Positions 23,301 to 36,800 of a DNA stretch of 64,000 nt are shown piece by piece. Location of the stretch: NCBI GenBank assembly GCA_051294905.1, contig CM119371.1, positions 26,662,001 through 26,726,000 on the forward strand, given 5' to 3'. Origin of the DNA: Botryllus schlosseri (taxonomy: Eukaryota). How positions within the stretch are numbered: the first letter of the stretch is position 1; every line of letters begins with the position of its first letter. The notes beneath the pieces are model-generated. The model saw only the letters and a program-made list of their open reading frames with translations. It did no database searches and was not told where the DNA came from. The translations under genes and the position numbers were made by a program.

Positions 23301-26300
23301 CAACAACCTTCGAACTATTCGCCACCTCATAAACACTTGAGTAGGCCTACATTTGATGCGTGTGGGAGAAACCTAGTTAAATTTTCATGTGCATTTAATT
23401 TCCAGCTCTGAAAGCAAGCTTGGTCTATGATCAATAGCAGCTTTTGCGTAAACTCCGTTCTATTTCACTTCATACCTATACAATGTAGATAGTCTATTCG
23501 AATAATTCGATGTATAATTGAACTTTCCTCTGCATGATCATTAGGGCTTCTATTTTTTGTTGCAGGGCAACTTTGTTGTAGCCGAAAGCGGTATTATCTA
23601 GCAACAAGGTTTAAATGACTCGCCTCCGGCGTTTATTGACCGTATTACCCGTATTCTCGTCATGCAAAAATTATGCATGTATTAGTATGAAGCTCAGATG
23701 CAGCAAAGTGTGTGAGACTGGCTGTAAAATGGCGCGAAGCAGCGACTCTAATTTCCCGGCTTATAGCAAACAACGACGCTGAAATTCTACTTCAGACGCA
23801 GCAAAGTGGGTGAGACTGCCTGTAAAAATTGCGCGAAGGTACATTTCTCGGCTTATAACAAATAACGACGCTGAAATTCTACTTCAGATGCAGAAAAGTT
23901 AATGCGTTTGGCTATATAAATTGCGCGAAGGTGCATTTCCCGGCTTATAGCGAATAACGACGCTGAAATTCTACTTCAGATACAGCAAATGCGGCAAAGT
24001 CTACGCGAATAGCTGCATAAATTGCGAAAAGATGCGACTCTAATTTTTAGGCTTTATTGCAAATACCGATCGACTTTTGCGTGAATTCTGTTATGCGTTT
24101 TACTACGTTAATGAATAAAAGTTAGTATTCTAGGTCTATATTTCTGTTTAATACTGAAAATGTCATGAAGTTGAATCGTTACTAGGTATTAATATTATGT
24201 TGATCGCGCGAAATGTGCGTAGAATTTTAATACATCATCAAATAACCACGCCTATAGTTCAATGTGGATGAGTGTTATCTGAGAGCTCATACTATCCGCG
24301 AAAATACACAGTCCTAAATACACATAATAGAATATCTTGCGAATATAGTCTTGCGTAGACATCATAGTTTTCGAAATTTGTTCATAAATACAAACGGCAA
24401 TAGTCTGGCGGCGAGCGATAAAACATAGTGATCAAAATTATCGCTAAGCAATACCGATTTTGCGTAAATGCCGTTATGCGTCTGACTACGTAACTAGGGA
24501 TTATGTAGTTGGTTACGAAATTGAGTGTGCTATCTTCCCAATCGGTATGGAACAACATCAAAATCATCACAAAGTAATATCGACTTTTGCGTGATTTCTG
24601 TTACGCGTTTATAAATGAACATTAATTAATTATTGATCCGCGAAAATACAAAGTTCTAAATTCACATAAGAATAAGCGAGAATTCATATTCCCAAAAACA
24701 GATCAGTACGCGTTTTCGAAGTAGTCGCATTAGTCCTAAATACACATATTAGAATATTAGTCCTAAATACACATACTATATTATCTAAGGAAAGTATCAT
24801 CTAACGTATAATGAATGTTATTTATTTCTCGGATGCATGGACCGGCCATAGTCCGACGTTAATTATATTATGAGAGTGTTTACATTCTAAATAGCCTGAG
24901 GGGCGGTAACAAACGATACCAACTATACTACTGGTCGCCTATACGAGCTTTGTACATTTAAAAAACTTTTGTTTCACTTCTTGCAATACATGGTTATAAT
25001 ATCTTGTTTCCGTCAGATCATTTGGCGAGCCATGAAAAATCATCTCGCGTGCCACAAATGGCACGCTTGCCGGAGTTGGCCGACCCCTGGCCTATAGTTT
25101 AATAGAATTTGTTATTACACCTCGCACAGGACAAATACGTGATTATGACGTCATAAATGGCAGAAAAATTTTGACCGGCTTCGGAACGCGTAACTTATGT
25201 AGGTGGTACGCGAGCACTGCGTAAAACCTCGAAATGGTACGTGGGTGGAAAAAGGTTGGGAACCACTGGCGTAGTGAGTTCTTGAGTGTACGCACAGACT
25301 CGTCAAAAATTAGAGGGAACATTGCTTCACATCTATAGCAATTCACTAACAACTTCATGCAAAGTCATGTCATTTTTCTTTCCGAAACTTCTGGATCTTT
25401 ATCCAGTATGCTGAAATTCGGTGCGCGTGCAGTGAACGGAATATCAATACAATGCTGGTTGAATAGACACATATTGATCAAAGTTCCATGTAGTCGGCAC
25501 TATTCTAGAAAGTAGCAGTTAAACATATTTATGACAATGCTCATAGGGGTGGAGCGAAAATGGATATTGAGGGGAACCCTGCAATCAATCACAGTTGCGT
25601 GCAAGTGGTGCAACATTGATTAGGCTCAACAAAATGAGCATGATACATATTTTCCATTTTCTGGTGATGCGTCGTGTGTTCACTTTTTGGCTATAACCAC
25701 AGCAAAGCCAAACTGTCAAAACGTCAACGTGAATAAGTTAAAAGACGTAACCAGTCGAGAAAACTATAATGATGAGTTGACGTAGCATGTAGGCTATCAA
25801 TAAAGGATCTGTTGATCTGCCGCAACCTAAAATCTCATCTTGGGGCTTCTTCGATACATGCACTATATTAACTGATGTTCCCCATGACCACTGATCAGCA
25901 TCATTACCCGTAGCGGATTCTTATCGCTGACCTTTCTTTGCCAAAATGGGCGGGATTCGCAAGTCCAACGCTAGGCACACCTTTACGCCTTACCCCAAAT
26001 ATCACTTCCCGTGTCTCGTAACCATAGTCATATCATATTAGTAACCGAATCGATTGGAGCCAGCGAACGCGGGTTATGGTGGTCATGGGGAACATTGCTT
26101 GATACTATATGGTGCGGTTATGGAAGAAGTGCTGATGTGTCCTGTGTGCCTCAGGGCTCTGGCTATCCATTTGAAATGAAATCCGTTCAGTATACGAAGA
26201 CCCCTGCAGCATTCCACTGTAAATCCCACTATAACGGTATATGATACCAACTTGTCACGTTTGTGGTATAAACATTGTTCCAAACTGCCTGACATCAATA

Positions 26301-26677
26301 TACAATGATCTAATCCGATTTGCCAAGCTATACATCAGAAGAACGGCCAGTATCCTTCAACAAACAGCACAACAGTTATCAGCACTGTTGACTTCAGCCT
26401 ACCCCCTAGCTGGCTTGGATATCTGTCTTAACAAAGCGCACGCTGGAGGGGAAATCCCCTCAAGTCACAGTTTTGAAACCGATTTCAGCCTGAGGGGTGT
26501 AGCTTAAGCCCGGCGACGGGCCTAAGTCGACTATTTGAAACCCACCCTAAATGTACTTGAACATACCATTGCTTGACAAGAAACAACTAACAGGTTCAGT
26601 TTATACGGCTCAGTTGTTCTGGATGATTTATCCCGTCAATCATATTGAAGAAAATGTAGCTGCTGAAGGATGGGAAG

Positions 26678-27460
26678 TAGGGCCATTTTACATGACCTTG
26701 AAAAATCAATAACATGACTTTATTTTTTGGAAAATATGACTTTATATGACTTTATGTGGAAATCGTGTATTTTAACATGCGAACAACGTCACTCACAAAA
26801 CTGAAGAGTAAAACATACGCAACGTAACAGTAATAGCCTACACATCACTTTTTATTTTAAACCACTGTTGTGGTACAGTTTCATGTAGTGTAGAATGAAA
26901 TGGCGATATGGACGTAAAATGACTTTAGTAAGGAAAATGAGCGCTCCGCAGACGCAGGTGTGGGTTGTTGACACTTTGCTGTTTTGCATAAAGCACTGGT
27001 GAAATGTCTTGTCTTTGTTGCTCCATAATTTGTTTCATGTCGTTTTTGTCCAATCGCTTCTTAATGTAATTCGTGAAGGGTATTTAGATCACCATGGGCC
27101 TCTTTGATGGTGTACGTACAACTTTCCATTTTGAGTATTAATTTTGACATATTGTTATAGTGGAGGCATATTTCTGCCAACTGACTAGTCAACTGAATTT
27201 TTGACGGTCTTTGACGGTCTTTACACTAACTTCTTCACCTTCCTATGCATTGACTATTTCTATCACCTGTGGAAGTCTCTCGGCATAATAGTGAGCACCA
27301 TTCAACCAGCTACCCCAACGACTAACTTCTTTACTTTCTTAGTGCTTAATTGTTTCACGGCCTAAAAACGTTTTCAAAAATTATACAACGATATGACTTT
27401 ATAACTCAAAAATATGGAAAATATGACTTTATATGACTTTATAACTTTCTTAATATACCT
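26678..27460 (-). pseudogene. hAT (hAT19-like) element remnant with transposase fragments
   Basis: Minus-strand peptides RWGSWLNGAHYYAERLPQV (~27265-27322) and PTPASAERSFSLLK (~26925-26970, hAT dimerisation motif). ATGACTTTAT subterminal repeats at both ends. Confidence 0.7.
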
Positions 27461-27485
27461 CATAGGGATGCAGTTTTTGCGTTAA

Positions 27486-29320
27486 CCCTTTGTTGACTGA
27501 ATATATTTTCTATGGTTGGAAAAATTATTTATATGCGTAACTTTAATTGTTTTGCCTCAACTTAGACATTGGTCAACAAAATTTAAATTTTTCTTTTATT
27601 ATTTATTATTTTAAATGTTTGTCGCAAATTTTCGACATCAGGCTTTCACGACAAAAATCGAAACAAAACAGGGCAATTTTGACAATTGAAATTATTGGTC
27701 AAAATTAGCAAAACAGTTGTAGTTTTTGTTCGGCACAGATGTACATGACATTTGACACATTTTATAACAGGTTGTTCTTCATAGGTATGTCTCTTGCTTC
27801 TCTGCGTGGTGTCGATGGAAGGCGTGTGACCCACTTGGTCACGTTGGAGTGGGCTTTGTTGGTCCGCTTTTCCTTTTCTTATGATACTCCTGCTGGATAC
27901 AGATAGATGCCCTCGGTCTTTTCCCCCGGTCACAAATTTTCCATACTTTACCAGGTATTCCGCATATGATCTGTATTAAGCGGACATTTTTGCATCTGTT
28001 TCGGAAATTGCACAAAAACACAGTCCCGTCTGTACAGCAATCAACTATTGGCGACAGCAAGATTAACCAAATCAAGTACAATTACATTAGTATGTTTTGA
28101 GCGGATACATGGTCTGTAATAAGCCAGATATAGGCATCCAGAAGATCAACCTCACCCATAAATCAATTGTACTGTTCGACAATAAATGGGTAGTCGACAT
28201 GTGAGCGTTACTTCGTTTCCGGTCCCATCTTTCAATTTTACTTACAGGATTTGCTTTGAAAAAGGTACTGGCCAGTATCACACTGCGATTGTCATACCAC
28301 TTTACTGCCCGAATGCTAATGCCGTCCAGAGAAACCTCCTTTACTACAAATCTCACTCTCCTTGTCCTGAAGTCTGTACCAACTGAATTGACAGCCACAC
28401 AGTAGGCTATGCTTGATCTCACAGCTCCTACTGCAAAAAATCACATGCGAGATGAACTATAGTTCATATATCAGCAAGAAGGATTTGATCTGCTTCCATC
28501 GATCTCGGGACATGATATCAGAAACTTTATCATATCTAGTATGGTTAGCCCATTACATATAGGATCTTGGCATTTTCACGATAGACATATGCATACAACA
28601 TCCCAAGTCTTTTTCAATATCATCTCCAGTCTATGTATTGCCTTCATTGGATTAGTTTGAACGGCAAATAAATTGCTCTCATAAACAATCCAGTCCAGCA
28701 ATTCCGCTCCAACAAAATATTCGAAATATGTGTGCGGAGAAGAAATAGAGTAGTCACTGTCGAGCAATTCTGCCTTCCATATAGGAAAATAGTAGCCACG
28801 GATATTGTCACCTTGAATTGTTTTCCATATAGGTTTTCGTTTCGGATCATGCGGTGTACATGCAATATGAGCCGTTGTTTTCCCTTTCTCTACTTTTGAA
28901 AACACGATTGAGGAATCTTCGTCAGATTCATCGGGAGAAGAGGATTCATCTGAACTCATTCATCACATAGCAGCAGAAGTTGCTGCAGTAGAACGTTCTT
29001 CATCGTCAGAATCCCTGCCACCATCTTTACTGCCTTTCCAGTTTACCTTCACTTGATGAGTGATTTTTCATCATAAAAACATCTGGTATCCATTTCTGCG
29101 ACAGCAATTTCTGATTGAAATTATTGAGAATATTTGTTACCTTTTTAGCACTATTCAAGTAGCTAGTTTACATATTGATTGTCATTATGTGAGGCATCAA
29201 AAGGCATTTTCTTGACTCGTGAAGTCGGTGAATCTATTCCCCTCTTTTCTCACGGAAGTACCTATTCCATATGGAAATATTTCAGTAGAAGGAATGTTGG
29301 CAGAATTTACCAACAAAGGG
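27486..29320 (-). mobile_element. Internally deleted piggyBac element
   Basis: TIRs CCCTTTGTTG / CAACAAAGGG, flanked by TTAA (27482-27485) and CTAA. Confidence 0.88.
27680..29093 (-). pseudogene. piggyBac transposase pseudogene
   Basis: Acidic Ser-rich N-terminus, YFEYFVGAELLDWIVYESNLFA, AVKWYDNRSVILAST and C-terminal Cys-rich KCVKCHVHLC. Many frameshifts. Confidence 0.88.
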
Positions 29321-30819
29321 CTAATGATGCAAATTAGCACCACTTCCCATTTTCAACTTTGCCTAGAAGAATAACACATTATTGATCGATATTACTTCTG
29401 GCTATGTGATTGATGGTGTATAGAATCCTATACATATTTTTACAAACGAATATACTCACCAAATCCTTCGACCGCGGAGCAACAAAGAACTTGGGTCCAA
29501 TGACTTCACTCAGACATGCCCATGCAATAAGCAACGTCCGGGACACCCACCTTCCACTCCAAACACTCCATTTTAAAAGGCGCCAAAGGGAAGTTCGGAA
29601 TGTGTACTTTCTGCGACGGCCGTCGTGGTCGTGTCAAGTATGCGCGAAGTCAGTACAAAATGATTTAATGCGGTATGTACTGAATTTGTTATGCTAGTCC
29701 ACAAAGGGAGTGATTTTACGACTTACTGATGCATAGGAAAAAATGTGACTTAACTGACTTTACATGGCACTAAGGAAAGTGTAAGCAGGAGTTGAATAGG
29801 TTTGCGTTTCGTTGGAACTGTTTGGGAATTCTGGATTTAATAGCCTTGATAGACGTTATTAATTTACTTTAGTGGGGTATGCATGTACCTTGAATAATAT
29901 CAAAGACCAAGAGGACCTGGTTAGGCTACTACTAGGCTACTGTATCGCCAAGGCGTCATTATGATAACATCCATGCATTTAGTATAATTATATGACTCCA
30001 GAAAGTTACTTGTATATGTTTGTATGCATATTCTTATTTGATTGCTGACGCAGAGTCCAAGTCCACACTGGAATACTTTCTCTCAAAATGGAGTTATCAC
30101 ATTGTTGAACGTCATCAAGATATATTTCGTTATAATCATGAACTGCTGGAAGACTCATAGTAGCTAAAGATTGTGACGTAGCACAAGCGCCGCTGTATGG
30201 TGCTGATTGAAAGGGCATCGTGCAACTATGTGGTAGCATGAAAAACAGTCATGCAACAAAGTGCGCAAAGAGGGATTTCACTTGTTGACTTCCACAACAA
30301 CATGATTCCAGGGATTGTGGGCCTATGCCTTATTTTGACATTCGTCAGGTATGGATTTAAAATCTACATGTCAAGGTGGGAGAAAATCAGTTGCGGCTCG
30401 TCCTATAGGGCAACTGGGGCATCGCCCTACCTAAAATTCTGTTCAATAACAATTTAACCATTTATAGACGCACAGCAATCAATATATACCGAGATCACAG
30501 CGAAACCTGCGTTCTTATTGTGCTTTCGCTTGCAAATGCCCATACATAGCGAAGTCTCTGCGAAAATCGAATTCTCTTTCTGTGTTTACGCTTTGTGAAT
30601 GCCTAGCCGGGGCTTGCCCCGGTAGCGCTCATAACAAGCTTTCACTATCTATTCTCTCAAAGCCGCGCACAATAAAGAAACGGTGATTTACTCTCTCCTA
30701 TTCGTAAAATGGACGAGCAAGTGGGGCAACTATGCCTGTTTGCCCCTACGGTGTGATGTAACAATCGCATCTATATCAGTTACCGTAATATGCGTTGAGT
30801 CGACCTTTGCTGCTATAGG

Positions 30820-33800
30820 TCGATTTTGACGGTGTTTCGCACCATGATAATTCTTGAAACTTGGTATGATATGTTGTGAAGGTAGTATTTAGCACTGCTC
30901 CAAGTTTCAGGCTTGCTACTTAAAGATAAGGGTAGTAATTTCGTTTCCGAAGTTCAGTGTGTGCGGATCTATCATGTACTGTACATTGTACAGCAAACAG
31001 ATTTTACTCAAAAGCCGGTATTGGTCTCCATTGATTTTGACGATGTTCCATACCGAGATCGGTCGTGACATTTGGCACGGTAAGTCTTAATGTTAGTATC
31101 AACCGCTGTAACAAGTTTTAAGTTTGTCACTGAACTATGTGGGTGGTAATTTCGTCTCCAAAATCGAGTGAGAGGTGATTCTTCATTTATCGCTAACGGA
31201 TTTACGCAAAAACCGTTATTGATCTCTATTGATTTTAACGATGTTCCATACCTAGATCTGTCATGAGCTTTTGCACGGTAGGTCTTGATTTTAGTATCGA
31301 ACGCGGTGCCAAGTCTTAAAGTTGACAATCAATGATTGAGGCAGTTATTTCGTTTTCGAGGTCGAGTATGGTAGAGATGCGCGCTGATATGATACTTAGC
31401 AGACATGGGGTAATCGCGATTAGTAATCGTAATCGATTACGACGATTACAGCATTTTCAAGTAATCGTAATCGTAATCGATTACATTCGAAAAAATTCCG
31501 AAGTAATCGTAATCGTAATCGACTACTTCGCATATTTAATCGATTTCTTTGTGAAAGAACGATTACTTTTTATTTGTACGACGACTGTGACATAAACTGA
31601 ACATTCGTTAACAAGCAAGAGATAAAATACCAGTTATTGAGTCACAAACGTCTGATTTTCAAATGCCATCGCTCATTATTACGTCAGAAGTAGCCTATCA
31701 GCTTTGGTAGTCTTTGCGAAAGAAGTATCCACATTCCACACTCCTAGTAAATAGATATTCGATGTACATTAGTGTGATTGTAAAACACCCACCGTTCAGT
31801 ATATCGGGTTATCAGTACATTTCAGACGCCATTACCTCGCTGCAGGATAATCAATGACCTCTCTGCCTAGTTTACAATAGCAACATTTATATTGATGTTT
31901 GGTTATGATAAGTTAAACGAAATTTGACCGTTGCTGCTTGGCGAGCAGTAGGCCTATGTGCTGGTACGAACGTACACCAGACAAAAGTTTGAAATTTTGT
32001 ACTCGTCAAATAAAATATTACGGTTTCCACAACGAAGCATTAAAAATCAACAGCTGCTGATATATATATATCATAACCGCGCCGTTTTTGCCGTTTCTCG
32101 TAATGGCAGCTTGCATTACATTATCTGTATTAAGTTGAAGGCAGAATTTTATTTTCACCTTCTCTTATTCTCATAATATTCTACTCAAAACGGGCGTCAA
32201 TTGCTATTTCACGATTCTTTACTGAAGATTTGGACCTGCCGCCATAGCCATCGGCTTATATACCATGTTAGCGTGGGTTGTAGCTAGAATCAGGATCAAA
32301 ACAGCAAAATGATCCTCCACTCCAAACGTTGGTCTTGGGCCCCAAAGGGTAGTTAATTTTTAACTTGAAGATTTAATTTCGTCAATACCATTGGTAATTT
32401 CATTATATTGCATTTTTAATCCTATTTCAGCCCCCGATGGTCAGACTTACCTGAAGAGCAGGGGGCGCGTAATCCATAATTATAACATCGGGTATCTTGC
32501 AATAATTACTGTAGTGCATGTTGTTAATTCGTGACCTCCGGTCTGTTATATAGTCAAAAGATATTGTAGTGGCCCAAACTTAGCAGACTAAAAGAAAAAC
32601 TTCCCTGAGACACACACACAAATTGTCATGTCTAATGCTCTGTGGGTGCCTGCGTGGCATTTGCATCGTAGGCTCAGATTGGAAGGACAGGACTGTTAGT
32701 CTAGCCCACCCAGCGCGGCTATTGACAATGGACACATACCCCAAATTTCGGCTAACGTCTTTCTTTGATAGCACACTTCGTAGAGTCGCATGTTGGCCGA
32801 AACTGCATATGTCTTTTGGTGTTTCGAGGCGCGGTATTGACTGGCAGCAAAATGCCTATTACTATGAGTTATGCATCCTTTATTTCTTGAGGGGAGACAT
32901 TTGCCTTTCGAATCCAAGCTATCTAGAGACATTTAAATGGCAAAGCTCAAAGAGAATTTTCAAGTTAAAGAAATCTGTCAAGAATACTCTATAATTTATG
33001 TTGGTTCACGAAATACTTTGAGTCCCCACGCTATTGGGGAATTTGGGGTGCAGCAGTTATGGACCTGGCAAGAATGCAAATCATTGGGTGCGATAAATCG
33101 TCGTTTATAAAATAGGAAATATGTATATTATGACGTAACAAGCAAATATCGCATCTGTTTCAAAGAAAGGCCTTTTCAGCGCAATCCATGTATTGTCTTC
33201 GATATAACTACTAAGATGCAAAATAAATGTAATCGTGAGTAATCGTGATTACTTTTCCAATGTAATCGTAATCGACTACTTCCTGATTTTGCTGTAATCG
33301 TAATCGTAATCGTAATCGCGGGATTCCGAAGTAATCGTAATCGCAATCGATTACATTCATGAAGTAATCACCCCATGTCTGATACTTAGCCTACCGACAT
33401 CATTGCGGATCTCACGCAAAAGCCGGTGTCTGTCTATGCTAATCTAGTCGGCGTTCCATAACGAGATCGGTGATGATATTCCCAATGGTATATCTCGATT
33501 ATCGCATGAAACAGCTAACTAAGATTCTCGGTTAGCATTCAAATATTCACATAATTTCATGTCCGCCAATGTCCATTTCACTGTGAAATTGTGGCCTTCA
33601 AACCATTTGCTTACAATCCCCTGTCAAACGCGATAGCTATTTCATTTTCGATGTCGGCTAACAGCTGATCATTCGATCAGCCTATTCCTCGATCTATTTT
33701 ACTCAAAGTTCGGCGTTCGTCTGTTTGTATTGATTTTGACAGTGTATCATGCCGGAGTGGGTTATAAGATTGCGAATGCTACTTCTCGATGATTTCATGT

Positions 33801-33850
33801 AACAGTATACTAAGTTTACGGCTTTCTTTCATGTATTTATTGATTAATAT
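30820..33850. repeat. Old diverged ~200-bp tandem array, interrupted by a hAT element
   Basis: TTAC(T/G)CAAAA(G/A)CCG-like anchors at ~31003, ~31202, ~33412 and ~33699; duplicated peptide KTYRAK.HDRSRYGTS in ORF 31008-31328. Confidence 0.65.
31400..33381. mobile_element. Non-autonomous hAT element with (GTAATC)n subterminal repeats
   Basis: TIRs CAGACATGGGG / CCCCATGTCTG. Perfect 8-bp TSD ATACTTAG at 31392-31399 and 33382-33389. Confidence 0.9.
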
Positions 33851-36800
33851 ATTTCCAACGGCGATTTCGCAGCAGACGTATAGACAGTAAGCCGTATGTG
33901 TTGTGTCACAGTCTCCAGTTTCAAGGCCAAAATGTACTATGTTGCTCCGAGACCGAAGTTTCGAGGCTGCTGTCCTCACAGTTCTTCAAAGACGATTCAA
34001 ATTGATGTTCTGGATTCAATATGACAGGCCAAATCTATGAGATAACAATTGCGTATGTGTCCGAACTCGTTGACGTTTGCAGTTAGGCTTACGCAATCTC
34101 TCGAGTTCTAGTCATTGGAATTAGTCAGGTCAAGTCAAGTGCGAACATGAATCGTATTGAATCTTTGCTCCGTACGTAGTTTACGCAGCTGCCTAGAGCG
34201 AAAATTAGAGGTCTAGAAATTGTCCAGTCCATTGATCCAATCGTACGCCGGGTACCTCCGCTTTGGTTGCCTATCACCTGGTCATCGTAGCCACCAGCTC
34301 AGTGGTCGTAACACACCGGGATCGTGTACGAAACACTTTCGGACGGGTTTAGAATAATTAGGGCCTATCGATTTGCGTAATCGCTAACTCTACCATGAAA
34401 TCATAATGCCTGCTACTAAGGATGACCTGATAATTGATTCGTGGCATAGGAACGATTCTTAGTTCACGTACATTTTGTAAAATAATCCTTTGATTAAAAA
34501 AAATGAGTAAAACATTTGTTACCACACTTCAAGTCACGGCTCGCCGGCAAACCTCTCGCGGCACCTACGTTAAAATCACTGTTGTCGGGAAATTCATGTG
34601 ACGATCATAAAGTTACTTTTTTTACTTTGGAAAACGCCATTGTGACGTCATCTTGATAAAAGTCGCTCGCAGCCCTTGCACCATCACCCGATGTTGTCAC
34701 GAGCCGCCACTGGAGAAAATGCAGTTCCGCGACTGATATTGAAACAATACCGTTTGTGAACTTCAGACACATCTCCGCGAGAATACCTTACTAAGGAGAG
34801 CTCACGTCTAAAGGTCTAATCATAATATCTTTTATCAGTTCTCATATCATATATCGTTAGACTGGCAAGTATGGCATACTTGATATGTTTTAGTAAATAA
34901 ATGTGATAACATGGCTGACCTTTGAGTATTGTCTACTCTTGAATGGTAGTGGGATAGTTGATTTATATTTACTTGGACTCTTGACAAGCATTTTAGATCT
35001 TGGACTCTTGACAAGCATTTTAGACTGCTACCAGTCATAACTCAAGGTGTCAGCTGTCTGTATTTTATTATCAATTTAAAGACTTTGTCCTATTGGCCTG
35101 TTATCAAATCTTACATCTGGTTATAACTATCCGGATCTACCCGCATGAAAAAGTTACAGTTATCTGACAATGTCCGAAAAAATCTGCCATAATATCGGAA
35201 TCTTATATCCGACTGCCACAAGATCGTCTAATATCCCCCTCCAACCCCAATATTCCTCTTTCCCAACTTAATCTTATGGGCCGTCTTCCCCAACCCTAAT
35301 CTTGGGATACACTTACCCCAACCGTAACCCTAACCCACCTTCAAACCCTAATATCTGTCATTTCTTGGTGACATAAAGGAACACTGGACTGTCATAATAC
35401 AGCTGGTATCTGAGTGATACAGATGATGCTTGGGTGATACCTGAATATTTCACATCCAAGACGTAGTCAGCGTATTATGCAGAGAGATACCTGGTTGATA
35501 CAGCTGATACCCGAGAATATCCACAGGGCCTATTTTCTGTAGCACCATCATTGCCATCTGTTTGTTATGTATTTTGGTCGGATGAAACAATGAAGACCCT
35601 CTTTCTCTCCCTAATAACATACACTGATTGAGTCTCCTTACATCCCGATAATGCAACGGAAATGTCAAGCTCAAATGACAAATTAATTTTTATTTCACAC
35701 CAATTCTACACATTACATAACATGAAAATGCACTACATGAGGAAAATACAATCAGCAATAATTCATTCAGCCACTTCACGCCAAGCCTAAGGTTAAAGTG
35801 CTTGGAAGACATTCATCAAACTCAGGGTTGTGGATATTATCAGTGTTGTCTGATATAGGGTTACCATACGTGTCCTCCGAGGGCCCCTAAATATCTGGTT
35901 GAATATATGTTAAAAATTACCTGAAATATAACGGATAAAAAGTGGGTGCATCAGGAGTCGAATCGACCTGATGACCTTTTTTTAGTCAACCAACTACAAA
36001 TTAGAAATAAATTTATCAATTTTGTCCGGATATTTCTCCCGTATGTAAATTTTTACAAAAGTGTCCTCTTTTCAGATTCCCAAAATATGGTAACTGTATT
36101 TCATATCAATCACAAGATGCGTGATCAGTGTCAACAACAACAAGTTATAGAATGTCAAGCAGTGAATCATAATATTTCTGTTATAAGTGAATAATGAATC
36201 ATATTTTAATAGTATATTCCTATTGAGATTAACCCGAATACTTTTGGCTGACCCTCGTCAGGGGTGATCGTCAGCAACTAGTACAGATTGGGAAGAATAA
36301 ATATACTATTCAATTGTATCTTGAAGTTCTGTACCTCCAAGAAGCTCTTTGAATCACATTTATACGGTTATCAGAAATTACGATTGGTATACATTTAGAA
36401 ATTGTCTCTTTTTCGGTTAACTTCAGTATGTTAGGTCATTGAGAATTACACACTCGCATTTCAATAATAAACCGGGTAACTGAGGGGTACAAGCCGATGA
36501 TATTTTGATTTTGGCATGTAGAATCACCAAGGTAGCAGAAAATGTGAACAACCGAACTTCAATATAGAAGCAATAAAAATCATTCGCTTCAAGTACAGGG
36601 ACCGGCATTCTAAAGCAGAATAATATCAGGGTTTTTGACTAGAATTATCCATGAAATAATTTAGCAATGGAAGGTATAAACCCGGTTAGATTACTATTCA
36701 CTTTTTCTGCTGATGTCAACTGTACTAAAGACTTGAAAAGTGATCACAAAATGATGACGGAACATATAAGATACTACATTTATTGATATTACATTGAGAT

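Larger units (their letters stand above)
4821..24932. mobile_element. Non-autonomous, fully palindromic Polinton/Maverick-like element (~15.2 kb without the nested insertion)
   Basis: Starts AGTAGT (4821) and ends ACTACT (24932). 6-bp TSD GGTCGC at 4815-4820 and 24933-24938. The left arm 4821-17293, minus the 4874-bp insertion+TSD (7599 bp), is the reverse complement of the right arm 17333-24932 (7600 bp). No pPolB, integrase or capsid ORF is visible. Confidence 0.88.

Noticed and set aside
4821..24932. Giant palindrome as an assembly or library artefact (missed adapter or amplification chimera)
   Set aside because: There is a 6-bp TSD with unique flanks on both sides, arm-specific substitutions, a one-arm insertion with its own TSD, a loop unlike a sequencing adapter, and a second family copy. 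Raw reads should still be checked.
25544..26549. Possible hAT-like element (TAGGGGTGG...CCCACCCTA)
   Set aside because: The TIRs are short and imperfect, with no TSD and no convincing transposase motif.
35230..35355. Interstitial telomere (TAACCC-like tract)
   Set aside because: Only a few degenerate units; such tracts are common inside invertebrate non-autonomous elements.
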